DNA from: an uncultured Ruminiclostridium sp.
GTDB lineage: Bacteria; Bacillota; Clostridia; Oscillospirales; Ruminococcaceae
Assembly: GCA_964456025.1 (NCBI GenBank)
Contig: CAYVZH010000010.1
Location: forward strand, 349 to 64,348
Length of the DNA: 64,000 nt
Reading direction: 5' to 3'
Shown: piece by piece, positions 20,848 to 30,167 of the stretch
Layout: each line of letters opens with the position of its first letter
How positions within the stretch are numbered: the first letter of the stretch is position 1
Notes under the pieces: generated by a model
Databases searched by the model: none
Told to the model about the DNA's origin: nothing
Seen by the model: only the letters and a program-made list of their open reading frames with translations
Program-made: the position numbers and the translations under genes

Positions 20848-22017
20848 ATGAAAAACCGCAGGCGCTACGGACGGAAGATCAAGCGCAGCAAGACCAATCT
20901 CTACAAGCGAAAGAAAACGCCGGCGCAGAAGGCGTTCGGTACCGTGCTGCTCATTATCGGGGTCTGCGCGGCGGTTTTTCTCGGCTACTGTCTCGGGAAG
21001 CCGCTTCTCGAATTCCTTGAGAAAGCCGCTGAAAGGGAACAGCCGGAATGGACGCCGCCCGTGACGTCCACGACCCCCGCGGAGACCGAGCCGGACGGAA
21101 CCGACGCGCCGGACGCAGCCGAAACGGAGGAAACGAAGCCTGCGGCGGAAGAAAAAACCAAAGCGATCACCGCCCCGAGCACCGCGCTTTTAAACTCCTC
21201 GTCTCTCTCGGCGTTCGCGGTGCGGGCGAAAAACGACGGCTACAACACCGTGCTTTTCGAGCTGAAGGACGAAGGCGGCTGCCTGCATTACGCTTCGCCG
21301 ACCGCCGCCGCGATGAGCGAGGAGCTGATCCTCTCGCCGCTTACCGCCGCGGAAATTTCCGAAACCGTCCTGAACGCGGGACTGACGCCGATCGCCGCCG
21401 TTTCCGTACTCTCGGACGACGCGGGCTGCCGCGCGAACCCCGATCTGAGCTATAAGATCGTGGGCGAGAACGTTTCCTGGCTCGATTACAGCGGCGATAT
21501 GCCCATTCGCCACGTCAACCCCGAAAGCAAGGCGGCCGCGGAGTATCTGAACGCGATCGTCGGCGAGCTGAACGACGCGGGGATCACGGTTCTCCTGAAA
21601 GACCTCGCTTTCCCCGATTTTCAGCCGTATGACCGCAGATATATCGCGGAAAAATATTTTGAGGAGAGCCGAAGCGCCCTTCTCGCCGCGCTCGTCCCCG
21701 AGAATGTTCCCGTCGAAATGCTTGCGGAGGACGTTTTAGCGGAAAATTACGGACGGACGGCGGAGCTTCTGCGCGAGCGAAGCTTTACCAGCCGTGAAAA
21801 CGCAAGTATCGCGGTACGGATCCGCCGCGAAAGCTTCCCGACCTCCGAAGGCTATCCCGCCGACGCGGCGGGGCTGATCGAGGATCTTCTCGCGCGGATC
21901 CGCTTAAAAACCGGCGCGGTCACGGTCATTCCCGTGATCGAAAGCGGCGGCTTCTCGGCGGCGGAGCTTTCCTCGATCCAGAAGCTTCTGACGGATCGGA
22001 GCTATATTATCGCATAA
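20848..22017 (+). CDS. Membrane-anchored putative glycoside-hydrolase-like (DUF4015-like TIM barrel) protein
   Basis: Basic N-tail, one TM helix, Pro/Thr linker, NTVLFELKDEGG resembling xxDxKDxxG of DUF4015-type proteins. Confidence 0.55.
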   Translation: MKNRRRYGRKIKRSKTNLYKRKKTPAQKAFGTVLLIIGVCAAVFLGYCLGKPLLEFLEKAAEREQPEWTPPVTSTTPAETEPDGTDAPDAAETEETKPAAEEKTKAITAPSTALLNSSSLSAFAVRAKNDGYNTVLFELKDEGGCLHYASPTAAAMSEELILSPLTAAEISETVLNAGLTPIAAVSVLSDDAGCRANPDLSYKIVGENVSWLDYSGDMPIRHVNPESKAAAEYLNAIVGELNDAGITVLLKDLAFPDFQPYDRRYIAEKYFEESRSALLAALVPENVPVEMLAEDVLAENYGRTAELLRERSFTSRENASIAVRIRRESFPTSEGYPADAAGLIEDLLARIRLKTGAVTVIPVIESGGFSAAELSSIQKLLTDRSYIIA

Positions 22018-22082
22018 ATTTAATTTTCGGAAATATTCCGAGATCTTTCGACAAGCTGTCACCGGAGAAACAGAAAAACCGC

Positions 22083-22111
22083 TTGATTTTTTCCGGAAAA
22101 TATAGTATACT
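22083..22111 (+). promoter_or_regulatory. Sigma-A promoter of the RNHCP-yajC unit
   Basis: TTGATT-17-TATACT; the spacer contains the palindrome TTTTCCGGAAAA. Confidence 0.6.
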
Positions 22112-22351
22112 AAGAACATGTCTTCACAAGAGAATTGCACATCTTTTCGGAAAAATTGCCGCAGACTTTGTCAAATTTCCTTGAAATCCGAAAGGATTCC
22201 CGCAAAAATTTTCCGCGTCTGCAACAATTTTTCTCCGAAAATCCGCACAATCCTCTTATGAAGACAAGTTCCAAGACGATCTCATATCCAGAGATTTTTC
22301 GGGCGGCACGCCTGCCCTAAAAATAAAACCCGAAGAAAGGAGTAATGATTC

Positions 22352-22399
22352 ATGATGAAAAATGCGATTGCGGCGGTGCGGGAGGACTGCGCCGGTTAA
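22352..22399 (+). CDS. Putative leader peptide MMKNAIAAVREDCAG
   Basis: AAGGAG RBS 9 nt upstream; its 3' end overlaps a stem competing with the anti-SD of the downstream gene. Confidence 0.6.
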   Translation: MMKNAIAAVREDCAG

Positions 22400-22451
22400 T
22401 CCCGCGTTCCTCCCGAAGAATGAAGAAAAAACCGCTTCATTTCAGGAGGAA
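22379..22451 (+). promoter_or_regulatory. Putative translational attenuator (anti-anti-SD / anti-SD / SD)
   Basis: CGGGAGGA (22379-86) pairs with TCCTCCCG (22408-15); TTCCTCC (22407-13) alternatively pairs with the RNHCP SD GGAGGAA (22445-51). Confidence 0.6.
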
Positions 22452-22453
22452 AC

Positions 22454-22912
22454 ATGAAAAATCAAAATGATTACGGAAACAGGCGGCTGAATCTGCCCTT
22501 TTCCTGTAAAAACTGCGGTTATCCCGTAACGCCCGAGGGGGCGGGAAGCGGACACCGCAACCACTGTCCGAACTGTCTGTACAGCCTTCATCTCGACGAG
22601 CTTCCCGGCGACCGCGCTTCCGACTGCGGCGGGCTGATGGAGCCGATCACGGTGTGGGTAAGGAAAGGCGGCGAATGGGCGATTCTGCACCGCTGCAAGC
22701 GCTGCGGAAGGATCGTCTCGAACCGGATCGCGGCGGACGACAGCCCGGTAAAGCTGATGAGCATCGCGCTGAAGCCCCTTTGCGAACCGCCGTTCCCGAT
22801 CGAACGGATCCGGGAACTGACCGAAACGGAGGACACGTCCGAAACAGACAAAATCACAAAAACCGAAGAACATACGCGCCCGACAGGCGCAAAAGAAAGG
22901 AACAAGACATGA
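22454..22912 (+). CDS. RNHCP domain-containing zinc-binding protein
   Basis: CKNC..HRNHCPNCLYSLHLD..GDRASDCGGLMEP..HRCKRCG..NRIAADD. Confidence 0.92.
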   Translation: MKNQNDYGNRRLNLPFSCKNCGYPVTPEGAGSGHRNHCPNCLYSLHLDELPGDRASDCGGLMEPITVWVRKGGEWAILHRCKRCGRIVSNRIAADDSPVKLMSIALKPLCEPPFPIERIRELTETEDTSETDKITKTEEHTRPTGAKERNKT

Positions 22913-23268
22913 CCGAAGCAATGACATTTTTAGCGGCAACCGCAGAGGATTCGACCGCGGCGGCAAGCGGCACCTCCATGCTGATGACCTTTATCCCGCT
23001 TGTGCTGATGCTGGTAGTTTTTTATTTCCTGCTGATCCGTCCCGAGAAAAAGCGGGCGAAGAAGATGAAGGAAATGCTCGATAATTTACAGGTCGCGGAC
23101 GAGGTCGTGACGACGGGCGGCATTATCGGACGGGTTCTGAGCGTAAAGGACGATACCGTCCTGATCGAGACGGGCGGCGACCGTACCCGGATCCGGATCC
23201 TCAGAAGCTCGATCGCCGAGAACCGCACTACGCATGACGATGTGGAATCGGTAACGATTAAGAAGTAA
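22909..23268 (+). CDS. yajC: Preprotein translocase subunit YajC
   Basis: FYFLLIRPEKKR..DNLQVADEVVTTGGIIG; start overlaps the upstream stop (ATGA). Confidence 0.92.
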   Translation: MTEAMTFLAATAEDSTAAASGTSMLMTFIPLVLMLVVFYFLLIRPEKKRAKKMKEMLDNLQVADEVVTTGGIIGRVLSVKDDTVLIETGGDRTRIRILRSSIAENRTTHDDVESVTIKK

Positions 23269-23294
23269 CCCCCGAAGAACAATCGGGGAGCGGT

Positions 23295-23332
23295 AAAAAA
23301 CCGCACGGAAGCCTGCGCGGTTTTTCCTTTTT
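23295..23332 (+). terminator. Intrinsic terminator after yajC
   Basis: AAAAACCGC..GCGGTTTTT stem with T tail. Confidence 0.65.
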
Positions 23333-23376
23333 TCGTTATCTCCTTCCAAAGATTTTTAAGCACAAAGGGGCTGTCT

Positions 23377-23913
23377 ATGACTGTTGATGATCTGCAAATC
23401 GTGAATTACTGCCACCATAGCTGTACTCCGCTGCTGAATATTATGCGTCTGCCGAAAAAGGAAGCCTTTGCGCTCGCGCGTGAAATGGCAGTACAAAACA
23501 AGGAAACTACCGCGTTTTACAGATTTGCCGATTTTGAAAATTATTATCCCGAACGCCTGAAAACGGACAGGCTGTTATACGACCGCTTTATAAAGCTCGG
23601 AGGGAAGCCTTTACAGGAGCACCCGCTTTCGTTTGTGCTGCAGGGAAGTGATTTTCTGAACGGCTGGTTTGACCGCGGAATCGTCACAACAATACCATTG
23701 AACCGTATTGATTCAGATTATATCAGCTTTACCTATGGAGACAGCATGACTACACTCAAAATAAACGGTGAATTTACGATGCTTACCAAAGATATGCTTT
23801 TAAAGGCAATATCTGATTATGACGGCACGCCGGAGGATTTTTTGACGAATGCTGATCATCAGTACCGTTATATAGAAGCGCAAGTTTGGAACGACGATTG
23901 TTTGAAAGTATAA
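23377..23913 (+). CDS. Hypothetical protein (accessory, lower GC)
   Basis: 178-aa ORF with a GGGG RBS; AT-richer codons than the flanks; no motif recognised. Confidence 0.65.
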   Translation: MTVDDLQIVNYCHHSCTPLLNIMRLPKKEAFALAREMAVQNKETTAFYRFADFENYYPERLKTDRLLYDRFIKLGGKPLQEHPLSFVLQGSDFLNGWFDRGIVTTIPLNRIDSDYISFTYGDSMTTLKINGEFTMLTKDMLLKAISDYDGTPEDFLTNADHQYRYIEAQVWNDDCLKV

Positions 23914-23928
23914 TCGGGCAGTGATAGC

Positions 23929-24495
23929 ATGAACGATCTGATTTTGACAATTCCCGCAAAGGAGCACGAGGCGCAAGTAATGGCATTTCGCGAGGAAATG
24001 CAAAGAAACCGAGAGGGCTTTTACGGGTGTTCCGGGCTGAATAATACGTCCAATTATGATGATTGGCTTGATTTTGAAGGACGATTTATGCGCTTTGGCT
24101 GGACACCGTCAACGACATATCTCGGCATTCGTGTCTCTGACGGTCTGCTTATCGGAATGATTGACCTCAGACATGAACTCTCCGGTTTTTTGCTAAAATA
24201 TAACGGTCAAATCGGATATAGCGTTCGACCCTCGGAGCGTGGAAAGGGGTACGCCGCTCTTATGCTGTCGCTTGTACTCAAAGAAGCAGAAAGTTTTGGA
24301 TATAAAAGAGTTCTTGTATGCTGCAACAAGGCAAATTCCCGATCTGCCAGAGTGATACAAAAGTGCGGCGGCATACTTGAAAATGAAGTTATTCACGAGT
24401 ACAGTCCTGTGGATAGACCTGATATTATCCAAAGATACTGGATTGACATAGACAGCGGTCGGAAAACGAATATTGTTCCGGAAAAAATTGAATGA
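23929..24495 (+). CDS. GNAT family N-acetyltransferase
   Basis: LIGMIDLRH..GQIGYSVRPSERGKGYA..CNKANSRSARVI. Confidence 0.9.
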   Translation: MNDLILTIPAKEHEAQVMAFREEMQRNREGFYGCSGLNNTSNYDDWLDFEGRFMRFGWTPSTTYLGIRVSDGLLIGMIDLRHELSGFLLKYNGQIGYSVRPSERGKGYAALMLSLVLKEAESFGYKRVLVCCNKANSRSARVIQKCGGILENEVIHEYSPVDRPDIIQRYWIDIDSGRKTNIVPEKIE

Positions 24496-24533
24496 TAAAA
24501 ACCGTCATATATTGGACGGAATGAAATTAGAAA

Positions 24534-24566
24534 ACAACCCCCGAAGCACAAGCTTCGGGGGTTTCA
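24534..24566. terminator. Bidirectional intrinsic terminator
   Basis: AACCCCCGAAGC/GCTTCGGGGGTT between convergent genes. Confidence 0.7.
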
Positions 24567-24581
24567 CTATTGCAATTCAAA

Positions 24582-27500
24582 TCAATACTTTCGGAAGCTC
24601 TGCACCAACAGCACGGGCAGAATCCAGAAAAGCTGATACGCCATGATGACCGTCGGGGAAAAGACAAGCGTTTTCGTCGAAATCGCGAAGATCACGCCGA
24701 GTACCGCGGCGAGGAATACCCCCGCAAGCATGACCGTCTGGGAAAGATTTACGTCACGGATCAGCTTTTTCGCCGCGCAGATCGCCCGCGCGAAGCCGCC
24801 GAAGCTCCCGTTTCCGGAAAACGCGCCGCAGCCGCTCGAGGTATACCGGGTGCACTCGTTAAAGTGCTCGTGGAGATTGCTTCCGATGATCTTGATGGAT
24901 TCCGGCTCAAGATCGAACAGGTCGGCGATCTTTCCGACCGTAATGATCGAATCGACCGATTTCAGCACGAGCGAAACGCCCTGTCCCGTAAGCTCTCGAA
25001 GGCTCGCGCGGATCGACTCGTTCGCCGTCAGGCGGATAAAGAAGATGATCGTAAGCTCGCCGCCGACCGCGAGATAAACCGCGTCCGAGCCGTTCCGGCA
25101 GTATTTCGCGATCGCGCTCAGCTCGGGGACCTTGATCCCGTGGTGCTTCATTTGTTCGCGGTTCCCCATGATGAGCCGCTTATTTCCGTACCAGCCGAGC
25201 ACGCCCATATTGTCCTCACAGACGCAGCCCTCGATCTCCTCGAGAAGCTCCTCCTTCCCGCCGATCATCTCGAAAAACAGGCGGGAGAAGATCGAGCCGG
25301 TCTTGATCGAAAGGCTCGCGGCGAGAATGATCGCCTGATCGAGCGAGATGTTATTGACGGAATTTTGCAGGCGGCAGGGCTTCAGGTTCGTACATTCCAC
25401 GCTCGAAGCGGGGAAGATGGACGAAACGTCCGTCATGACCGCGTTCGTGTGACTGAATTCCTCCGCCGTCCCATAGCCGAGAATGGTGCTCCCGCTTTTT
25501 AAAAGCGACTTTGTCGCGCGGCTCAGCGGGCGGTTTACGATCAGCATGATCGAGAGGGGGGAGAAAATGCACAAAAAGGCGTTCAATACCGTAACTGTCC
25601 AATAAATGTTGTTCTGCATTCCTTCGTCCGCGTTCGGGATCAGGAATACGAGCAGCGAGGTGATCACCCCAAGCACCAGCGAGAGGAACACCAGCACACG
25701 GGAGATCCGATCCGCCTTATCCTCGCCGTAGCTTTTTTTCAGGAAATCGGTTAAGTACTCGGTCTTCCGCATGACCGCCAGGACGGGAAGCTCGCTCACC
25801 ACGCCCTTTGTAAACGCGCCGACCGCCGTTTCATCTTCACAGAGCTCGGCGTAATACCGGCTCCCCTCCGCGCAGGTAAACCGGAAATTTTTCCGCGCGC
25901 GGGAGATCATTTCAAGCTTTCCCAAGGTGTTAAAGAGCAAGCCGAGCAATGCGGCGGGGATCATAAGATAGGCGCGGCTTCGCTGGAGATAATCGGTATT
26001 GACGAGGTTCAGAACGCCCGCCAGCAGGGAGACCGTCGAGGCGACCGCGCAAAGGCTGTCGCAGTCCGCTTTTTTCTTGAAAAGCTTTACGATCCCGCTC
26101 CGAACCGCCGCCGCGCAAAGGAGAATCCCGAGCACGCCGCCGATCAGGTTGAAATAAATAAATCCGTCGGTGTTATACCGCTTATCGAGAAAGTCGATCT
26201 CGGTACCGAAAAGGTTAAAGACGAGCGTCGCGCCAAGCTCCTGCGCGACCGTCACGCCGCAAACGATCACCGAGAGGATCAGGAGTAGGATAAACCGCGT
26301 CCGGAGGCTTTTCTGCGTTTCCTCCAGGTCATAGCGGATCTGCTCGCTGTTCTCGTCCTCTTCCTCCGGCTCCGTGTCGTCGTCGAAATCGTAATCGTCG
26401 GAATCGTCGTCGCCGATGTCCTCAAGGACGAAATCGGAAATTTTCCGCTTTCGCTTCGACGAAAGGTATTTCATTTTCTGCTCCGAGATCACGGGGTTTT
26501 CGGTCGGGATCTCGCCCGTCTGCGGCATTGCCGCGAGGGACGGGTCAAATCCGACGGGCGCGGTCGTCGGCTGCACCTGTTCAAGCTGCGCCGTGACCGA
26601 AACGGGAGACTGAGTCTGACGGTCGTCGAGCCGTTTCCGCTCGATCGTTTTATTGATGGATTCGACGATCGGGTCGGGACGAACTGCCCCGCCCAACTCG
26701 ACCGTGCTTTTTTCAAAGACCGAATCCTTTAAGACAAAGGTTTTTTCGAGGTCGACCGAGGGCCGCTCGCGAAGCGCCGTCCCCGGCATGATTACGGTTT
26801 CCCCGCTGATGATCTGGGTGACGGACTGATCCGAAGCTTTCGCGTTTTCCCGCGCGATCCGCTTCAGATCCGTCCCCGCGACCCCGACGGTATCTCCCGA
26901 AAGCTGCTGTGCCGGGATCGTGTCAATGATCTGTGAAAGATCACGCACCCCGTCGTCGTAGGGATTGATCGCCGCGAGAAAATCGTCGGGATCCTCCATT
27001 ACGCTTTCCCGCTCGAGAAGCTTCTGCGCGTTCTCCCGCACCTTCCGATCCCGGATCGAACGCTCCAGCTCGAGTTCCGCCGTCGTCGGCGGGGCGGGCT
27101 TTTTCTCCGCCGGCTCCTCGATCTTCGGAAGCTCGATCGGAACCTCCTCAAATACGATGTTCTTCGTCGCGAACTGCCGCTCGGATTCCTCCTCCTGCTT
27201 CTGCTTTTCCGCCGCTTCCTTTTCAAGCGCCGCGCGCTCCTCCTCGTCGGACGCGGCAATCTTTGCCGCTTCCTCCTCCTTGCGCTGCCGCGCTTCTTCC
27301 TCGAGGCGCTTCCGCTCGGCTTCAAGCTCTTCCTCACGGCGGCGCTTCGTTTCGGCGCGGCGCTCCTTCTCGGCGATCAGCTCCCGCCGCGCGCGCTCCT
27401 GTTCCTCGAGGAATTTCTGCCGCTGCTCGCGTTTTTCGCGTTCCGCCTGTTCTTGCTTCAGGCGCCGCGCTTCCTCGCGCTTGCGCTCCTCTTCCGCCAT

Positions 27501-27782
27501 GCGTTTCCGCTCTTCCTCGATGCGCTTCTGCTCCGCGGCGGCTTCGAGCCGCTTTTTCTCGGCAAGATCGGCGCGCTCCTTTTCCTTTTGAGACTTCGCG
27601 CGGTCTTTCGGCTCTGCTTTTTTTATTTTGTCACGCGGCGGGAGGATCCCCGCCTCGCTTAAAATCTCGTCTACGCTTAAAGTCCGCGTGTTGCCCGTGC
27701 TTTTTTTCGGCGGACCGCCCGCGGTGTTTTTCTGCTTTTCTTCCAGCTCGGCGAGAATATCGTCTAAGTCAAATTCCGGCAT
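24582..27782 (-). CDS. Large membrane protein: charged coiled-coil N-terminus plus degenerate P1B-type ATPase-like C-terminus
   Basis: Glu/Arg/Lys-rich helix, acidic patch and several TM helices. LCIFSP..AEEFSHTNAVMTDVSSIF aligns to ACPC..LETLAKVDTVVFDKTGT; also LIMGNREQMKHHGI and VYLAVGGEL. Confidence 0.7.
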   Translation of the reverse strand: MPEFDLDDILAELEEKQKNTAGGPPKKSTGNTRTLSVDEILSEAGILPPRDKIKKAEPKDRAKSQKEKERADLAEKKRLEAAAEQKRIEEERKRMAEEERKREEARRLKQEQAEREKREQRQKFLEEQERARRELIAEKERRAETKRRREEELEAERKRLEEEARQRKEEEAAKIAASDEEERAALEKEAAEKQKQEEESERQFATKNIVFEEVPIELPKIEEPAEKKPAPPTTAELELERSIRDRKVRENAQKLLERESVMEDPDDFLAAINPYDDGVRDLSQIIDTIPAQQLSGDTVGVAGTDLKRIARENAKASDQSVTQIISGETVIMPGTALRERPSVDLEKTFVLKDSVFEKSTVELGGAVRPDPIVESINKTIERKRLDDRQTQSPVSVTAQLEQVQPTTAPVGFDPSLAAMPQTGEIPTENPVISEQKMKYLSSKRKRKISDFVLEDIGDDDSDDYDFDDDTEPEEEDENSEQIRYDLEETQKSLRTRFILLLILSVIVCGVTVAQELGATLVFNLFGTEIDFLDKRYNTDGFIYFNLIGGVLGILLCAAAVRSGIVKLFKKKADCDSLCAVASTVSLLAGVLNLVNTDYLQRSRAYLMIPAALLGLLFNTLGKLEMISRARKNFRFTCAEGSRYYAELCEDETAVGAFTKGVVSELPVLAVMRKTEYLTDFLKKSYGEDKADRISRVLVFLSLVLGVITSLLVFLIPNADEGMQNNIYWTVTVLNAFLCIFSPLSIMLIVNRPLSRATKSLLKSGSTILGYGTAEEFSHTNAVMTDVSSIFPASSVECTNLKPCRLQNSVNNISLDQAIILAASLSIKTGSIFSRLFFEMIGGKEELLEEIEGCVCEDNMGVLGWYGNKRLIMGNREQMKHHGIKVPELSAIAKYCRNGSDAVYLAVGGELTIIFFIRLTANESIRASLRELTGQGVSLVLKSVDSIITVGKIADLFDLEPESIKIIGSNLHEHFNECTRYTSSGCGAFSGNGSFGGFARAICAAKKLIRDVNLSQTVMLAGVFLAAVLGVIFAISTKTLVFSPTVIMAYQLFWILPVLLVQSFRKY

Positions 27783-27797
27783 ATTACCGACCTTTCC

Positions 27798-28547
27798 TTA
27801 CCCGCAAGGGCTTTGCTTTCTTCTGTGGCGTACGATCTCGTACATCAAGATCCCGGCGCTGACCGAAGCGTTCAGGGAGTTGATCCTCCCGTACATATCA
27901 ATGGAGAGGATCGCGTCACAGCTTTCCCGGACGAGCCGCCCGAGCCCGTTCCCCTCCGAGCCGATCACGAGCGCGATCGGGCCGCTCAGCTCCGCTTCGT
28001 AAAAGGGCGTTCCGTCCGCCTCCGCGCCGTAGACCCAGACCCCGCGCTTTTTCAGCATTTTGATCGTATCGGTGAGGTTCGCGACCCGCGCGACCCTGAT
28101 CCAGCTTGCCGCGCCGGCGGAAGTCTTGAATACCGCCGCCGTCAGTCCCGCGCTCCGCCGCTTCGGGATAATGACGCCGTGCGCGCCCGCCGCTTCGGCG
28201 GTGCGGAGGATCGCGCCGAGGTTATGGGGATCCTGTATTTCGTCGGCGAGGATCAGGAACGGAGGTTCGCCGCGCTCCTCGGCGATCCGGAACAGCTCCT
28301 CCGGCTCGACATATTCCGCGGCGCATAGGACCGCCGCCACGCCGCCGTGCTTTTCCGTCCCCGTAAGGGTACGGAGCTTTTCCTCGCCCGTATCCTTCAC
28401 GACCGCGCCGTTTTCCTTCGCGAGCGCGGCGATCCCGCCGAGCTTCGCGCCCTTTAAGAGATAGACGGTGTCGGCCGCTTTCCCCGCGCGGAGCGCTTCG
28501 GTCACGGCGTTCCGCCCGTAAATGATCTGTTCTTCCATATTGCTCAC
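27798..28547 (-). CDS. rlmB: 23S rRNA (Gm2251) 2'-O-methyltransferase, SpoU/TrmH family
   Basis: IYGRNAVTEAL, DEIQDPHNLGAILRTA, IGSEGNGL, SLNASVSAGILMYE. Confidence 0.93.
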   Translation of the reverse strand: MSNMEEQIIYGRNAVTEALRAGKAADTVYLLKGAKLGGIAALAKENGAVVKDTGEEKLRTLTGTEKHGGVAAVLCAAEYVEPEELFRIAEERGEPPFLILADEIQDPHNLGAILRTAEAAGAHGVIIPKRRSAGLTAAVFKTSAGAASWIRVARVANLTDTIKMLKKRGVWVYGAEADGTPFYEAELSGPIALVIGSEGNGLGRLVRESCDAILSIDMYGRINSLNASVSAGILMYEIVRHRRKQSPCG

Positions 28548-28838
28548 CTAAGTAAATCCTGAATTTTTTGCTTGCCCCTTTGCCGAAATACTGCGTCATA
28601 AAACCTTGAAATATGCGCATATTCCTACGGTTTTATTCCTTGTCTTTCAACAAAGGCTCTGCGCAAAATTCTTCAAGATTTACTTAGGAGAGCAATAAAT
28701 TCCTCTGAAAAATTCATTCTAAAATTCATTATACCATATTTCGGGGGTAAATTACAATAGTTTTGAAAAATTTCCCTGATTTTGGCAGGGGGCGGGTTTT
28801 CCGCGTCCACTCCCTTTTGCGGGAAAGATGTTATTAGC

Positions 28839-28867
28839 TTGACAAATAGAATAAATCCTGTTATAAT
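28839..28867 (+). promoter_or_regulatory. Consensus sigma-A promoter
   Basis: TTGACA-17-TATAAT with TG extension. Confidence 0.8.
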
Positions 28868-28904
28868 GAATTCGGCGCAGCACAAGAAAAGAGAGGGCGG
28901 TCTT

Positions 28905-30167
28905 ATGACAAAAAGGAAAAAAATACTCATCGTCACGTTATCGGCGATCGGAATCGCGATCATAGCAACGATAACCGCTTTTTACTGCTCGGTAACCAAT
29001 CAGCCCGCGGAGCCGATTGAAACGATTTCTGCCCGAAGCAAGGCCGCTGCCTATATCAAGGAAAAATACGGCGACAGCCCCTTTATTCTGTCCGCCGATC
29101 CGGTGTATTCGGGCGGCTTTCTGTTTGACAGGGGGAGACTCCTCGGCGCGGTCGTTCACTTTAACGGCTTTGACGCGCTAGTCGCCGAGGATCAGATCAC
29201 CGACAACCGACAGTACGGCGAGATCGTCGCCGCCTTCACCGAAAAATACCTCTCCGGAAACGAGATATACTCCGAGGTTACGGAATGTACCGTATCGTTC
29301 GACTTCGGCGTAAGAGCCTCCTCCATGAATTACAACGATTTCAACAGCCGTTATTTTGACAGCGATATTTCGGAATTTCTCGGCTTAACGAATCCCAAGC
29401 TCATCGTCACGCTTGAAGGGCGGGGATTTCACGAAAAGAGAGCGGAAACGCCCGCGCTGCTTTATGAAACGCTTGAACGGATCTATCGCTCAACGGGGGG
29501 AGAGATCCGCGTTTACGCATATGTTTACGACCCGGAGGCAGACCTGCCCGATATGCTGCTGGAATATAACCCGAACAGCGCTCTGCGGTATCCCCCGAAA
29601 AGATACGATGATTATATGGAGCTGATCGCGGCGGGAAGCATCGACAGACACGAGCTGACCGACGAGATCGTCGTGCAGCGGCCGTCGTTTTACGAGATTG
29701 ACGCGTTTACCGCGATCTCGGACAACGACATTACCTCACACATTACCTCGGAGCAGGATTTTTTCTTTGCCCCCGCGGATTTTTCCGAGAACACGACGGT
29801 TTACCGCGGAAGATACAAATATGACGACCACGCCGAGGAGAACGTGCTCACCATAAGGGAAAACGGACTTTACTGCGGGATCAACACAAGACTGCACGAT
29901 TTTATTCTTCGCCTTGACAGAGAGCATTATGACATAACAGACAATACGATCGCCCTCAGAGTAACTTCTCCCGCAACAGCCGAAAAATGGGTTGGAAAAC
30001 GACTGTATATATCCTTTGGTTACGACGGCTACGACAGCGACGAATACCATTGGTACTATATGGACGACAAATACCTCTACCTCTATGTGCCGTATCTCTG
30101 TCCGGACCTCTCTGAGTTTAACGACGGGCGCGGGGTGTATATTGCCTTTGCGGAGATTGACGAATGA
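28905..30167 (+). CDS. Hypothetical membrane-anchored/secreted protein
   Basis: MTKRKKILIVTLSAIGIAII signal-anchor after a GAGGG RBS; Tyr/Asp-rich ectodomain. Confidence 0.65.
   Translation: MTKRKKILIVTLSAIGIAIIATITAFYCSVTNQPAEPIETISARSKAAAYIKEKYGDSPFILSADPVYSGGFLFDRGRLLGAVVHFNGFDALVAEDQITDNRQYGEIVAAFTEKYLSGNEIYSEVTECTVSFDFGVRASSMNYNDFNSRYFDSDISEFLGLTNPKLIVTLEGRGFHEKRAETPALLYETLERIYRSTGGEIRVYAYVYDPEADLPDMLLEYNPNSALRYPPKRYDDYMELIAAGSIDRHELTDEIVVQRPSFYEIDAFTAISDNDITSHITSEQDFFFAPADFSENTTVYRGRYKYDDHAEENVLTIRENGLYCGINTRLHDFILRLDREHYDITDNTIALRVTSPATAEKWVGKRLYISFGYDGYDSDEYHWYYMDDKYLYLYVPYLCPDLSEFNDGRGVYIAFAEIDE

Noticed and set aside
22345-22470. Alternative 41-aa uORF from ATG 22345
   Set aside because: Only 2 nt from the SD, too close for initiation; ATG 22352 has proper spacing.
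24570-27862. Antisense and alternate-frame ORFs over the coiled-coil gene (and similar ones throughout the window)
   Set aside because: Shadow ORFs expected in high-GC coding DNA; no RBS or protein motifs.
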